From Octopus vulgaris (taxonomy: Eukaryota), in assembly GCA_951406725.2 (NCBI GenBank), contig OX597816.1, positions 112,840,001-112,904,000 on the forward strand: 64,000 nt of DNA, read 5' to 3'. The notes under the pieces were generated by a model. It made no database searches, was not told the DNA's origin, and saw only the letters and a list, made by a program, of their open reading frames with translations. How positions within the stretch are numbered: position 1 is the stretch's first letter; every line of letters starts with the position of its first letter. Made by a program: the position numbers and the translations under genes. This document shows, in pieces, positions 1 through 12,926 of the stretch.

Positions 1-320
1 TTTGTAAGCCTAGTACTTATTCTATAGTTCTCTTTTGCCGAACCACTAAGTTACAGGGATGTAAACACACCTGCATCGGTTGTCAAGCGATGTTGGGGGA
101 ACAAATACAGACACACAAACATATACACACACACACACATATATATATATACATATATATGACAGGCTTCTTTCAGTTTCCGTCTACCAAATCTACTCAC
201 AAGGCTTTGGTCGGCCCAAGGCTATAGTAGAAGACACTTGCCCAAGATGCCACGCAGTGGGACTGAACCCAGAACCATGTGGTTGGCAAGCAAGCTACTA
301 ACCACACAGTGTCTCCTATG
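1..320 (-). mobile_element. tRNA-derived SINE, family A (3' end runs off the window start)
   Basis: Reverse complement has a tRNA-like head with B-box (GGTTCAGTCCC) and the core ggcatcttgggcaagtgtcttctactatagcc with an internal (TA/TG)n tract; near-identical to copies at 20363, 54180, 55690 and 62305. Confidence 0.9.
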
Positions 321-344
321 CCTCTGTTTACATATGGATTTCAA

Positions 345-910
345 ATCCTGTCAAGGTCATCTTTCCATTCTTTTGTCAAGGTCATCTTTCCATTCTTTTG
401 GAGTTGATAAAATAAGTACCAGTCAAATACTGGAATCAATATAATCAATCTTGCACCTTCCACTTAAAATTGCTGGCCTTACACCAAAATTCGAATTTTT
501 TGCTAATATTAAGGCAATGAACAAGCAGAATCATTGGTATATCAAACAAAATGTCTTTCAGATTTTTACATTCTTTGTTCAAATTTTGTCAAAGTCCGCT
601 TTACTTTTGATCCTTTCAGGCTCAATATAATAAGCTCCAATTAAACACTGGGATCAATATAATTGACTTCACCCCCTCCCCTAAAACTGCCAGCCTTCAG
701 CCAAATTTTGAAATCTTTATTATTATTGTTAGTAGTGAACTTAAAGAATCATTAGCATGTCAGACAAAATGCTTAGTGGTATTTCCACCTATCTTTACTT
801 TCCTTACTTTGCCCATAATTATTTCAGGGTCAGTAAAATAAAATAGTGTTGGGGGTGCAGTGGAGTGCTGACCTTGTGCCACAATTTGACACTATTATTA
901 TTAGTACTAT
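345..910 (+). mobile_element. Tandem array of three degenerate family-B SINEs (Deu/Nin-like domain)
   Basis: Three units with cattcttttggagttgataaaataagtacc-like cores ending in ccaaaattcgaa/ccaaattttgaaa; the second and third are followed by (ATT)n; 25-bp tandem duplication at 349-399. Confidence 0.7.
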
Positions 911-921
911 TATTATTATTA

Positions 922-1225
922 TGATGGCACATGGTTCATTGGTTAGGGTGTTAGACTTACAATCATGAGGTAGTGAGTTCAGTCCTGGACCGAGCTTGTG
1001 TTCTTGATCAAAACACTAATTTCTTGTTGCTTATAGGAATGAGTTGTGATGTCACTGGTGCCAAGCTGTATCAGCCTTTGCTTTTCCCTTAGATAATGTC
1101 AGTGGCATGGAGAGTGGGGTGCTGGTATGCATGGGTGACTGCTGATCTTCCATAAACAACCTTGCCTTAATTTGTGCCTCAGAGGGGAACTTTCTAGGTG
1201 CAACCCTGCGAGGGGTCCTTTTTTC
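922..1225 (+). mobile_element. tRNA-derived SINE, family C (Meta-domain-like)
   Basis: tRNA-like head (tggttcattggttagg...gagttcagtcc) then ttgtgttcttgatcaaaacact; related heads at 36340, 37080(-), 52160(-) and 53860. Confidence 0.65.
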
Positions 1226-1269
1226 TTTTTGTTACTATCATGTTTTCATTGTTGGTGCTGCTTTGTTTT

Positions 1270-2535
1270 ATACAAACTGTTTCACCCAAAAACCTCAAGA
1301 GACAGCAAGTTGGACATTTTCTCTGTTGGTGTTATTTATGAATAACAATTATATATTTCGGGCAAAATACTTGAAATCAAAATTTCACAAAAAGTCTGTC
1401 GCAATATTTGCAATTTTGAAAGAGTATAAAATATTCACATACTCTTAAACTGACAGTATTTTTCTTAGAATTTGGTTCGTATCTATGAGAGAAATTTATT
1501 GTTGTTTTGATACTTTTAAGTTTCCAGTATTTGACCATGGTATTTAAAAGCGCTGTTAAATATCACCAAACATCTGATGATCACGGGAACAATTGTTGTT
1601 TGTAGATGACACATTTTTAAGACCTTTATTTCAAGGTCTTTGTATTTATTTAACTTTTCAAATCATATATTTTCACAGTGATGTTGCAGTCTGCTGAGAT
1701 TGACATATTTATGAGAAAACATGTTTCATCAACATGGTTTTTCCCACACAATGTATTGTCTATTGGCCTGAATAGCTCAATCAGTTCTACTACTAAAGTC
1801 CCAAAGAATGGTGATATTTTTATTTTCTCCTACTTCAAGAGGCTTATATTCCTATCAGTCCTTCTCAAATAGGAGTTCAAACTGATGGTATATGATCCAG
1901 TGCAAAAAACTGCCCAATCTATTTAGGTGATTAGTATACTCATTTGAAGATAACATAAAATAGCCTGAAATGAAGAGGTCAAATTTTTCTCTGGTTACAT
2001 CACAAAAGTGGCAGGTAGGATCAGCAGCATTTTGAAGACAGTTGGCTTGATAGTTTCTAGTTGTCAGACACTGATCTTGAGTGGCTATAACGAAGCTTTC
2101 TGTTTCTGATTTAAGTCCAGATACATCCAGCCTCTGCTGTGTCACATCTGTATCAACATCAAGATTGCTGGCCCTTGTTAGGTATTTATTATGTAATGCC
2201 TTACTTTTTCATCAATTACACAGTTATATCATTATGCAATTCCATTTAATTTGGCTTGTACATTTTATTTGTTTTGCTTCCACAGTGATTCTTCTGTTTT
2301 ATTGAGTTATGCTGCAGTCTTAAGATCTTTAATTCCTTTACATATTTCTTTTGATATTGAGTGTAATTTCTTGGTGCTTTCATGCATACAGACAAATTCA
2401 AGTGTCCAGTTATTAGGTATTTTTAGATAGGTATCTTAGCATATGGTTGTTATTGGAGACAGTTGCAGCTGCATCAGTCCATGTCATCTATCCTTTTATG
2501 GGATGTATATTCTGCTTACATCTGCCTTTGGGTCA
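1270..2535 (-). mobile_element. Degenerate R4/Dong-clade non-LTR retrotransposon, 3' part (CCHC finger + restriction-like endonuclease)
   Basis: Minus strand reads GLKSETESFVIATQDQCLTTRNY..DPTCHFC..LHWII, then TILWDF..IQANR..KLNKYKDLEIK..ILRKILSV*; contains frameshifts and stops. Confidence 0.85.
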
Positions 2536-2954
2536 TGCATGCAGTAAATAACTACTACTACTACTACTACTACCGCCACCACCACCACTACTACTACTAC
2601 CTCCACCACCATCATCATCATCACTATTTTCAGTTTTCATTTGCTGTCACACAGTATTGATATAATTATGCTTCTTATCAAACAACAACTATGGAAACCA
2701 TTTTTTTTTTCTTTAATTCCATCTCATGTGAAAACCTTTTTATACTATTTATATCTATCCTTGTCTTGTATTAAGGACTTTCTGGTTGATTCTTTTCTGA
2801 ACCATGTAAACAGGTTTTTTGAAGTATAACCCTGTCCCAGATTAGAATCTAATATTTCAATGTTTTCTCTTCAGTTCTTTGTTAGAGATCTCAAGTGGCA
2901 GGGTCAAGCCTTCGTTAAACTTATTTATTCTAGCATTTGAGAATTTCATACTAG

Positions 2955-3115
2955 GTGCAAGAGTATGGTAAGAAGCTTGCGTCCCAACCACATGGTTCCA
3001 GGGTTAGTCCCACTGCGTGGCACCTTAGGCAAGTGTTTTCTACTATAGCCTTATGCAGACCAAAGTCTTGTGAGTGGATTTAATAGATGGAAACGGAAAG
3101 AAGACCATCGTATAT
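2955..3115 (+). mobile_element. SINE family A, 5' half
   Basis: ggtaagaagcttgcgtcccaaccacatggttccagggttagtcccactgcgtggcacc matches the family A head. Confidence 0.85.
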
Positions 3116-5524
3116 ATAACTGTGTATGTCATTCAACCACAGTAGTGGTTGAATATAGTCTTGAGTCTACCATTTCATCAATTGCTTCCAAGCTTCACCA
3201 CTAATTCAGTTCTCAACTAAATTACAAATTGTTAATAGTTTTAAAGAGGGCTTTCATCTAGTGTTAATGCCATTGTTGTTGTAGTTATGGCATACATACA
3301 TACATACATGCAATGATTTAGAAAATGTGCTTTAATATGTGCTGGTGGCAGTTGTGATGGTGGTGGTGGTGCTGATGCTGGTGGTGATTAGATAAATGAC
3401 GGAGCATTATATTTTGCTGTATAACAGTATTTGATTTCATGTGTTACTTTTATGCCTGAAGCATTGATAAAAGAAGTGCTAATGATTTAATGAAATTGAG
3501 TATTTATTTATTTATTTATACTATATTGCAATTCATGAACAATAAATAGCATTGCTAATTACCAATTTACTGCATGCTAATATTTGGTTTACTACATACC
3601 TAGCTGTCAGAGCAACAAGGGAGTATCTGTAACTTCGTGTGAAACAAGTATCTCAAAGGGCTTACATGACAGGCTTTTTCCATTCACAAGGTATTAATCA
3701 ACTTGAGTCTGTGAGAAAAGACACTTGCTCACGGTAGAAGTGAACCCAGAACCATGTTATTGCAAAGCAAATTTCTTAATCACACTACCACACCTACCCC
3801 CATTTTGTTCATTATAATCTTCCACTATAGTAATACAATTGATTATAATCTTCTGCTGTAATAATTCTGTTGGTTATTATCTTCTGCTATAAAAACTTAC
3901 CTTATGCCTATGTGCAAAAAAAATAAAATAAAAATATCAATATCTGTATGATTTAGAAAGTATGGCTGAATTGCATTTTAAAAATGTTGTGAAGAATGGA
4001 GATAACCTGAAATTGACAGGGTGGAAAATGGTAAGACATATTTGTCACTGACAAATCAAAAGAAACTGGAGGGGGGCATACAAATAATTTTAGACAAATA
4101 AATTTAGAGTGGAAGAGAGAAGTGAAAATGATAAAGCAATGTGTAAGTTGGAAAAAAAACTGATACATTCTTTTGGTGAACAGGAACAACTGCAGAAAAA
4201 GTAAATTTTGATGGAAAAAGAGGAGGAGAAGAGAAAGAAACTGCTACAGGAACAGGAGATAGAGATCAAAGAAGACAGTTTATCTGCCAGAGTTAAAATC
4301 AAATGCAGGATATCTCCAGATTTTTAAAGGCTTTTAAAATTAAATAAAAATGCCATTATTTGATTTGACCCTAGTACTGATAACACATCGATGTGAATTT
4401 ATTTTATCTTTATATTCTTTCCTGCTAAAATGCTAACTTTCAGAGAAAAATATTCCTAATTTTCAAAGATAGTTATTAATACTCTTTTGAAAATGATATC
4501 TTTCTTAAGTATAGAATTCAGACAGTAAAAGAAAAGCAATTCAGTTTTGTCTGTTTTCATGCAATAGAATGTTCTTGGATTGCTGCCAGCAGTATTTTGA
4601 CCAACATAAAGAGATGTATACAATGAATAATGGTTTATGTGTAAAATGGTTTTCTGATACTGTGAGCTGGGAAAGATAAAATTCAGCTTGGTGTCATTGA
4701 GCAAGAATCATTACATACAAAGGAAACATGTTTCTGGGAATAAGGATTCTTGCTTTCTTGAGGGCAGTTTTCTTGTATTCTATGGAAAATTTGTAGAATG
4801 TTAAAAATTAAACATTTGATCTATCTCTGTCTGCAAGTCATCTATATGTCTACTTGGCAATCTTTATATATACATTTTAATATTCTTAGTTTTAATAAAC
4901 TATTTATAACTGTGCCAAACACTATCTCTTTAAATTTGGCATGTATTCCAATATGAAAATTAATCTAGTCTTCCATTCTACCCAAGTGAGATTACCAATA
5001 AGAATTTCTTAACTATTTTCTCAGTATAAATATTGAAGAGCTATTCTTCATCTCTGTTTAAATATGTTCATGCTACTCTAAGTAACAACCTTGCTCTTCC
5101 TATATTATATGGGTATACCAAATCAATGTTGTGCCAGTTTTGTCACCCCCTAATCACCTGAATATTCAAAGGAAGCAGAGCAGTCATCTAGCAAATGCTC
5201 TTCTTGATTCAATTAGCACATGGTGCACATGCTAAATTTAAAAGGTTTGTAAGATTAACTTTTCAAATTAATTAACCTCATGTTTAAGGATGAATTTTAT
5301 TTTTAGATATTGACATCAGCATTACTGATCAAAATATTTGATCTTCAACTATCATCAGGCTTCTTATATAATCAGCAACAAGAATGTTATCTTCAACAAA
5401 AAATAAATAAATAAATAAAGTTTCTCCACTTTGAATCTGCTTTAGTATTTTGTGCACATCCAAAAGATGATTGGATATTTAAACATTTGAAATATATTGT
5501 AGATGTAAATACTAGTTTCTTACT

Positions 5525-6655
5525 AGTTTCTCAGTCACTAGTCATTGCCTTTGTGAGGCCCATAGTTGAGAGATCATGGGTCACCACCTCATCCCATGTC
5601 TTCCTGGGTCTATCTCTACCACAGGTTCCCTCCTCAGTTAGGTATTGGCATTTCTTTATACAGCTGTCCTCGCCTATACACATCACATGACCATACTAGC
5701 ACATTCATATCTCTTGCACACCACATCTGATGCTTCTTATGCCTAACTTTTCTCTCAAGAAGCTATACTCTATCGGACATACACACTGACATTGCACATT
5801 CAGCGAAGCATATTGGCTTCATCTCTTTCAAGCCTATGCATATCCTCAGCTATCACTGTTTTTGTTTCACTGCTATGTAGCATAGTTGTTTGCGCACAAG
5901 CATCATACAATCTACCTTTCTCTCCGAGAGAGAGGCTTTTTGTTGCCAGCAGTAGCAGGAGCTCTCTAAACTTTGCCCAGCCTAATCTTATTCTGACAGC
6001 TATGCTCTCAGAGCATCCACCTCTGCTACTAGCTCGATCACCTTGGTAATGGAAACTATCTACTACCTTTAGCTTACCTCTGTGGCAGTTGATGGAGTCT
6101 ATTTTCTGTATATTTTCAGTGTATATTGTAGCTGTGCATCTTTCACACTCGAAAACTATTTTCCTGTTAACTTTCCTTTGATATTGCTGCACCTTCAATG
6201 TGTCCAAAGCTTACACCGGGTGCATCTTACAGAGTTACTACCTATGCCTTTTCAACAGATCTAGCAGGCCCATTTACCTGAAGGGACTTGTGATTTGTCT
6301 GCCTTCCTACTTAGTAAGAATTTGATTTTTGTTAGGTTAACTCTAAGACCCTTTGATTCTAGACCTTGCTGCCATACCAGGAACTTCTCTAATTCTGGTA
6401 GTGATTCAGCTATAAAAACAAGGTCATCAGTGTAGAGGGGCTCCCAGAGGCAGCCTGTCTTGAATTCCTCTGTTATTGTCTGGAGGACTATGATGAACAA
6501 GAGAGGGCCAAGGACTGATCCTTGGTGAACCCCTACTTGTACCGTGAATTCTTCACTGTACTCGTTGCCAATCCTCACCTTACTGGTAGTGTCTCTGTAC
6601 ATGGCTTGTACAGCTGTCTCCAGCTACTCATTTATCCCTCGTTTCCACATTGATC
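5525..6655 (-). mobile_element. RTE-clade LINE fragment, 3' half of ORF (RT motifs to C-terminus)
   Basis: ORFs 6261-6602 (VGVHQGSVLGPLLFIIVL, PLYTDDL, GLRVNLTK) and 5800-6207 (RIRLGWAKFRELL); C-terminal RPRKTWDEVVTHDL near 5570-5610. Confidence 0.92.
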
Positions 6656-8229
6656 TAGGGTTCAGCAGATTGGGTACAACAATGACACTCAAAAGTATGA
6701 TCATTAATGGTATTGCTAGTGCAATGCCTGCTTCAGACACCTGCATACTGTGTTATGAAAAGCTAGCACCTAAGCAAAGAATCTATTTAAAGAGGAAAGA
6801 CTTACATAGACACCAGCTCTTTCTGTCTTGCACACACTCACACTGTCTCACACACACACACACACACTCTCTCTCTTTTGCTCAAATATGTTTCTTCTTA
6901 CAAGAAGAAATGAGTAGTGGTTTCAATTCAGTTAATTATATCCTTTCCTTACTACGTAAACAAATAGTAATAGTTTATTTTTGAGAAACTTCTGTTTCTT
7001 CTGTTTAGACAAGTAATATGGATCTTAGTCTCAAAATTTTATTGTAAATGGTTTTATATTAATTTCATACATGTGCGTGTACACATACATGCACACGCAC
7101 ACATGTAATTTTGCCTTTGTTACTACTCTGTTTCATTTATTCATTTTGTTACACTGGCAATGAAAAGATATGAGTAAATCAGAGTAGTAACTAGGAAGCC
7201 TCAGCTTTAAATAGACAAATCAACTCTATGTGTATTGAGGACTTTTTTCCTCTCATGTTTGCATTCAGATTCATGTGTGTGTGTGTCTAAGTCAGGCTCA
7301 ATTCTCCTCTAGCTACATCAGTGGAACCTGAACTATTTTAGAAATAATGCAAGATGAACAGTAAAGAAAAAGAACATTCATTAAATATAATGAAACAAGG
7401 CCAAGCCTGTTGTCAGTAAATTATCTCCAGGAAATGATACGTAGCATATGGTGTTGATAGAGAAGTATGGTAGATTATCATATGGATTAGTTTAACAGAC
7501 AAGTGATTTAAATAAGTCCCTTGGGATTAATTAAGAAACAAAATATAAAAGAAAAATTATGGCAAGGAGGATTTACGAAATTTAATAAATTCTACTCACA
7601 ATTTACAACTATATTAAGTTTTAATATTAGCTCTTGCGCTAATGTGTTTTTCCTCATCACAGCATGATTTTAATTATTTGAGATTTTAGTGTTGTAAACT
7701 CATTTCAGCTATTCGAGATTTGGAGTTGTTGCATTCAGCTTGTTTTAAACAGATTTAAGCATTGATCCAATGTTTGCTTCCTCTCAATGGCCAAGAGAAT
7801 CTTGATTAATTAAAAATTTCTTGCCTGCTGCATTATGTGTTAGCTCATACCTTATTAGTTATAGTGGATGTAGGCATGGCCAAGGGGTTTAGAAGTTCGC
7901 TTCCCAATCATGAGCTGCCAACTCCAATTCCATTATGTAGAATTTTTGACAAGTACCAAAAATTTGTATGCAGAAAAGGGTTAGTGGAAAATGTGTAGAA
8001 GCTTTGAACTCAAAATAGATTGTATCTGTGAATCACAAGTCCAGCATTATTATATATTATATTATACTGATTTTGCCTGAGTATTACATTAAGGGTATAC
8101 ATGTTTGTAGCCAACCACATTTTCTAATGTACGAGTCAATGTAGTACATAGTGTAAACATGTAGTGTAAATATCATCACTGTCTTTCCAAATTCTGCTGC
8201 ACTTATCATGGAATTTTGGTCTTCCAAAG

Positions 8230-8320
8230 TTGTCTTGGCATATAAGTCAACCTACTATTTTGGCTGTAAATTTTGCACTGAAAATTTTGATTTCAACTTG
8301 TATGCCAGAAAATATGGTTC
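8230..8320. mobile_element. Degenerate short pogo/Tigger-type MITE
   Basis: Imperfect inverted ends cttggcatataagtc / acttgtatgccagaaaatatgg, of the same TIR type as the element at 60653. Confidence 0.4.
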
Positions 8321-8581
8321 TCTGCTGCTTGTGCCTTATCTTAGTGTGTAATAGCTTAGTCAATTGAAGAACTGAGTACTCATTGTGGAAATGGCAAACA
8401 GAAAATCTGCCATCATTGTTAGTTTTGAAAGACTTATTCTTAGTTGTTTGTCTTTCATGTTGGAAGAGAAATGATGGCAGTCATAAGCATTAATAATAGC
8501 TGATTACAAAGAGGAATATCATGAACATTAATCTCAATAATCTTAGGGGCTTCTGCAAGGGCCAGAGATACAGTCTCTGTC

Positions 8582-8808
8582 TAACCCTTTAAGATTAAAA
8601 TCAGCCTTATCCGGCCAAAATATACTACATGTTTCATGTTCAGATCTGACATATCTGACCTCTCACACCTACCTTACAATGTCATTCTAAAAATAAACAA
8701 TCACATCATTAATATCTTGAAGCTACAAGATAATGCATAATTAATTCAAATCAATGTAAATAAATAAGTATTGCATTTGACGAAGTAATCTGAATGCTAA
8801 AAGGTCAA
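8582..8808 (+). mobile_element. piggyBac-type MITE, family 1
   Basis: Degenerate ccctttagcatt/aatgctaaaggg termini in (T)TAA context; reverse-complement copies at 10555-10783 and 17279-17508. Confidence 0.75.
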
Positions 8809-10554
8809 AGCAAACCCTAAAAAAAAATAATTAAAAAAGTTTAGGAATAGCATTACTATTTTCTTCCATCTACCTTTGCCCACCTGCCATACGTGTGCAT
8901 GCACACTTATGCACACACACACACACACACTTTCATGGAATGGCTAATTCATAGGAATATAATCAGCTTTCTTAGAATAAAGAACTTTGCATGGAAATTC
9001 TTAATGCCATTTTGTTTAGCCCATAACCATCAATCCATCAAAAAGTATATTTTCTTTCATCTATACATTCACAATGATATATAACCACTAATATAGTTCA
9101 CTCTATGTCACGTGTACTCTAAATTTGTATATACATTGTGTGCATGTGCTGTATACATTGATGAGGGCTGGCTGAAATGAATCTGTGTGTTGAATGAAAC
9201 TACCTTGTGGCATTTTCATCCAGCTGATAACTTTTGGTTGACTTGGCTTTCAACAGCTATATGGCATCCAAAGACTAAAATCAGTAAAAGATAAGAAAAG
9301 GGAAATTGCAGCCAGGCTGCAGTATGATTTAGACCAATTTCTCTGAAGTAAAGCCTATGCTGCTCTCAACAAAACATGGTAATATTAATTTGATATGTAT
9401 CATTCACATACAAAATTTTTATTTAAAAACGTAATAAAGTGCCATCTGACATTTTGCAAGTATAGTGAAAAATCTCAGGAATCTCAGCTGTTTCAAATGT
9501 TTGATATTGTTGTGCTTGAAGGATTATCCTAAGATGGTATGAGTGTATAAGTGATGCATGTGTGCACATGCACACACATACATGCCCATGTGCACGCACA
9601 CACACACACTCACTCATTCACACATACACTAACATAGACAGCTTTACCTTATATAATTTTGCAAGGGACAAGGCAACTTCTCTCTGTCTCCCTCCCTCTC
9701 TCTCTTTCTCTCTGTTCTTGTCTCTCTCTCCCTCTCTCTCTCTCTCCTATCTATCTATCTATCTTTAGTGCCTGTGTCAGTAAAATGAACCCAGGCACTC
9801 TGCAAAGTAGTTGACTTTTGAAAAGAAACCCAGCCATAGACTACCATGGCAAAGCGGAATGTGTAAGATATGGTCTTTTGAACCATCTAAAAGGGCAGTA
9901 AACCCCAAATAAGAATTGGCTTGAACCATGCTTAAATGGAAAAAGGAGATAAAGTGGTGGTGCTGGTGCTAGTGTTAGCGTCAGTAGTTGTGGCCTCTAG
10001 ATTATTTGGAAATAATTGAAAAGGCCTAATTTAAATCAATTTAATTATATTGTATTTGTTGATATCCCCAACGTTAATGTTACACTGCGATATAATGGTT
10101 AATTTCAAGATAAATGAAATTATGAAAGATCAGTGGAATTGTGTTGCTACTTACATTCAACTATATTGATCTATTTATTTGAAATGTGCCTTTTAATAGT
10201 GGTTGCTTGAAATGTGTGCATTTATACGCGTGTGTGCAAGCATATATATACACACATATATACACAGGCATACATACAGACACATAAATGCACATTCAGG
10301 CTCATGCACACACTGTTTGTTAGTAGGACAGCTAATCTGCTGGTGGTGAATGGTTACAAAGTTTTTTGTGATCCTATGATAGAAGATAATGCAGTTAGTT
10401 TGTCCAGTAAAAGCTGGAATTTCAATATGATAGATAAGATTGGTTGCATATGTATGGTCTTACTCTGATCATGAATATGCAGGAAGCTCTGTAAATATGG
10501 TTCAGATCTTGGGATAAGATCTTTTTTTTTTGTCAATCATAGGGACTCAATGGT

Positions 10555-10783
10555 TTAACCCTTTAGCATTCAGATTACTCTGTCAAATATCATACATGTT
10601 CATTCACATTGATTTGAATTGATCATGCATTATCTTGTAGCTTTGAAATTTCACTTATGTGATTGTGTATGTTTAGAATGACATTGCTGGGTAGGTATGA
10701 GAGGCCAGATCCAGCCAGTTTGATTATTAAACAGGTTGACAATTTGGTGCTAGATATGGCCAGTTTAAATGCTAACACATTAA
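10555..10783 (-). mobile_element. piggyBac-type MITE, family 1
   Basis: Starts TTAA-ccctttagcatt and ends aatgctaacaca-TTAA; body matches 8582-8808 in reverse. Confidence 0.8.
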
Positions 10784-10817
10784 ATATTCTACAGGCAAAA
10801 ACTTGTCATTAGAGATA

Positions 10818-11172
10818 CAGGCTTGGGTGTACGGTTAAGAAGTTTGCTTCACAACTACGTGGTTTCAAGTTCAGTCCCATTGCACAGCACCTTGGGCAAC
10901 TATCTCCTATCATAATCCAAGGCTGGCAAATGCCTTGTGAGTTAATTTGGTAGGGGGAAAACGTTCTGGAAATCTGACATATATACATTTATATGTGTGT
11001 GCCTCTGTGTGTGTGATCCCCACAATTATTGATTTGTTTGTGTCCTCATAACTTAGTGGTTCAGCAAAAGGGAGTAATAAAATAGTCACTGGACAAAAGA
11101 AAATAACAGTAAATAAGTACTGGGTTAATTTGATTGACTAAATTTTTAAGCTGGTACTCCAGCAAGATCACA
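10818..11172 (+). mobile_element. SINE family A, degenerate, running into the 38-bp array
   Basis: Head ggttaagaagtttgcttc...ttcagtcccattgcacagcaccttgggcaa; 3' part cataacttagtggttcagcaaaag...aataagtactggg. Confidence 0.75.
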
Positions 11173-11407
11173 TGACTAAATTTTTGAGCTGGTACTCCAG
11201 CAAGATCACATGACTAAATTTTTGAGCTGGTACTCCAGCATGATCACAGGACTAAATTTTTGAGCTGGTACTCCAGCATGATCACATGACTAAATTTTTG
11301 AGCTGGTACTCCAGCATGATCACATGACTAAATTTTTGAGCTGGTACTCCAGCATGATCACATGACTAAATTTTTGAGCTGGTACTCCAGCATGATCACA
11401 TGACTAA
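11135..11407 (+). repeat. Minisatellite, 7 x 38 bp (tgactaaatttttgagctggtactccagcatgatcaca)
   Basis: Units start at 11135, 11173, 11211, 11249, 11287, 11325 and 11363, with a partial unit at 11401; 0-2 differences per unit; no spacers. Confidence 0.97.
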
Positions 11408-12384
11408 GTTTTCTCTATATGTGTCTATTTCAAGTGCTACTTACTGGAAAAATACTGGTTAGGCTATTCCGGGTTCATAAGGGTTTTTTTCATCCTCTGG
11501 TCAAGGAGAGATAATCCATTTTCATTAACGTTTTTATACATTAGCCGTTATATCTCAATATTTGAGTGTTTCCTCACGTCTGTGTGGTAGAAAGCTTAAT
11601 TATTTTGTCTTTGTATAGAGTCTGACAAACTGTTCACTAGGGCTGTGGCTTTCGCGGATATGAAACCTTTGGTAACTTTATGACCAGAATTTGACTTTTT
11701 GTTTCAATAATTACTGCTCTATTCTTTAGAGTGTGCTTCCTCTCTGATATATGTTTTATTGACTATATATATAATAGAACAAAGTGTACGTACATATATA
11801 TATATCTATGAAAAATATTGAGACAAAAATTCAAAATGTATCAAATTTGTCTTTTATATACATATTTTGCAATTAAAACAAGTGGAGAAAAAAACCTGTC
11901 AAAGGGTCGATAAACACTGTAGAGTCAACAGCCATCAGGCAGATGGGAGTGAGGGACCCCTAGTCTTTCTTTAGACATCGCTCTAAGAAAAGAAAAATTT
12001 TGATGTAACACTTGCAATTTTATTAGCATTCAACAGTGTGGACTGGTTCATCTGAGGCAAATGCTTAGAGAGTGAGACTGGTTCTGTGCAAGGCCTTTCC
12101 TCATTTTAAAAAGTTTCAAGCACATGCATCCTTTGTGTTTTAACATCTCTATTAGGTGTTGTATGTTATGACTGTTCATAGCTGAAAAAACAAAATACTC
12201 AATGAAGAATCCCATGATGGAATGAAGACATATGTTGAGGTGTGTGCAACACTCTCTGAACACCTGCTGCAAGAGGTACTCATCATTGCTATATTTGTGT
12301 GAAATGGTGTAGGGTTCTAGCAGGCACAAGAAGCCACATCTGTGCTGCTTTAAGAGAACAATCAAGCAAGTTGCAACTTTCACA

Positions 12385-12430
12385 TGTATGTATGTATGAA
12401 TGTATGTATGTATGTATGTATGTATGTATG

Positions 12431-12472
<42 letters not shown>

Positions 12473-12510
12473 TGTATGCATGTGTGTGTGTGTATACATA
12501 CATACACACA
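12385..12510. repeat. Compound microsatellite (TATG)n(TA)n(TG)n
   Basis: Seen directly in the sequence. Confidence 0.95.
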
Positions 12511-12627
12511 CATCCATCTATTGGTTTTAAGACAGAAGAATAAGTACTCAACACTATGGTATAATATTTTCAAGCTGATCTAGTTGACTGTTTGTCTAGA
12601 ATCTCCCTGACTTCCAGTCTGTTCACT

Positions 12628-12926
12628 TTTTTTCTTTTTGTTCCTTCTTGAGCCATGCCCGGCTCATAACGGTCAGTTTCTCGGTTTCCTTGGTGTATAG
12701 GTTCCTCACCTGGATGGGATGCAGGTGAGCTGCAAGATGCAGGAGGAAAGAGTGAGAGAAAGTAGTGGCGAAAGAGTCAGCAGAAGTTCGCCATTACCTT
12801 CTGCCTGAGCCACGTGGAGCTTAGGTGTTTCGCTCATAAACACACACACCGCCCGGTCTGAGATTCGAACCTGTGATCCTTCAACTGCTAGACTGCTACT
12901 CTAACCACTAGGCCATGTGCCTCCAC
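12628..12926 (-). mobile_element. tRNA-derived SINE, family D, full length with TSD
   Basis: Minus-strand head gtggaggcacatggcctagtggttagag...ggttcgaatctc (A and B boxes) and A-rich tail; flanked by agtctgttcact (12616-12627) and agtcagttcact (12927-12938). Confidence 0.88.

Noticed and set aside
80-301. Recurring peptide LLSVSVYQIHSQGFG..IVEDTCPRCH suggesting a gene family (also 20514, 23276, 31787 and 54338)
   Set aside because: It is the antisense translation of SINE family A.
11135-11407. CRISPR-like array of 38-bp repeats with an internal palindrome
   Set aside because: Units are directly adjacent with no spacers, there are no cas genes, the context is eukaryotic, and the unit derives from a SINE 3' end.
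12850-12926. tRNA gene (also the heads at 922, 46433 and 55688)
   Set aside because: A and B boxes are present but each head continues into a SINE body, with TSDs at 12628 and 46430; no complete cloverleaf or terminator.
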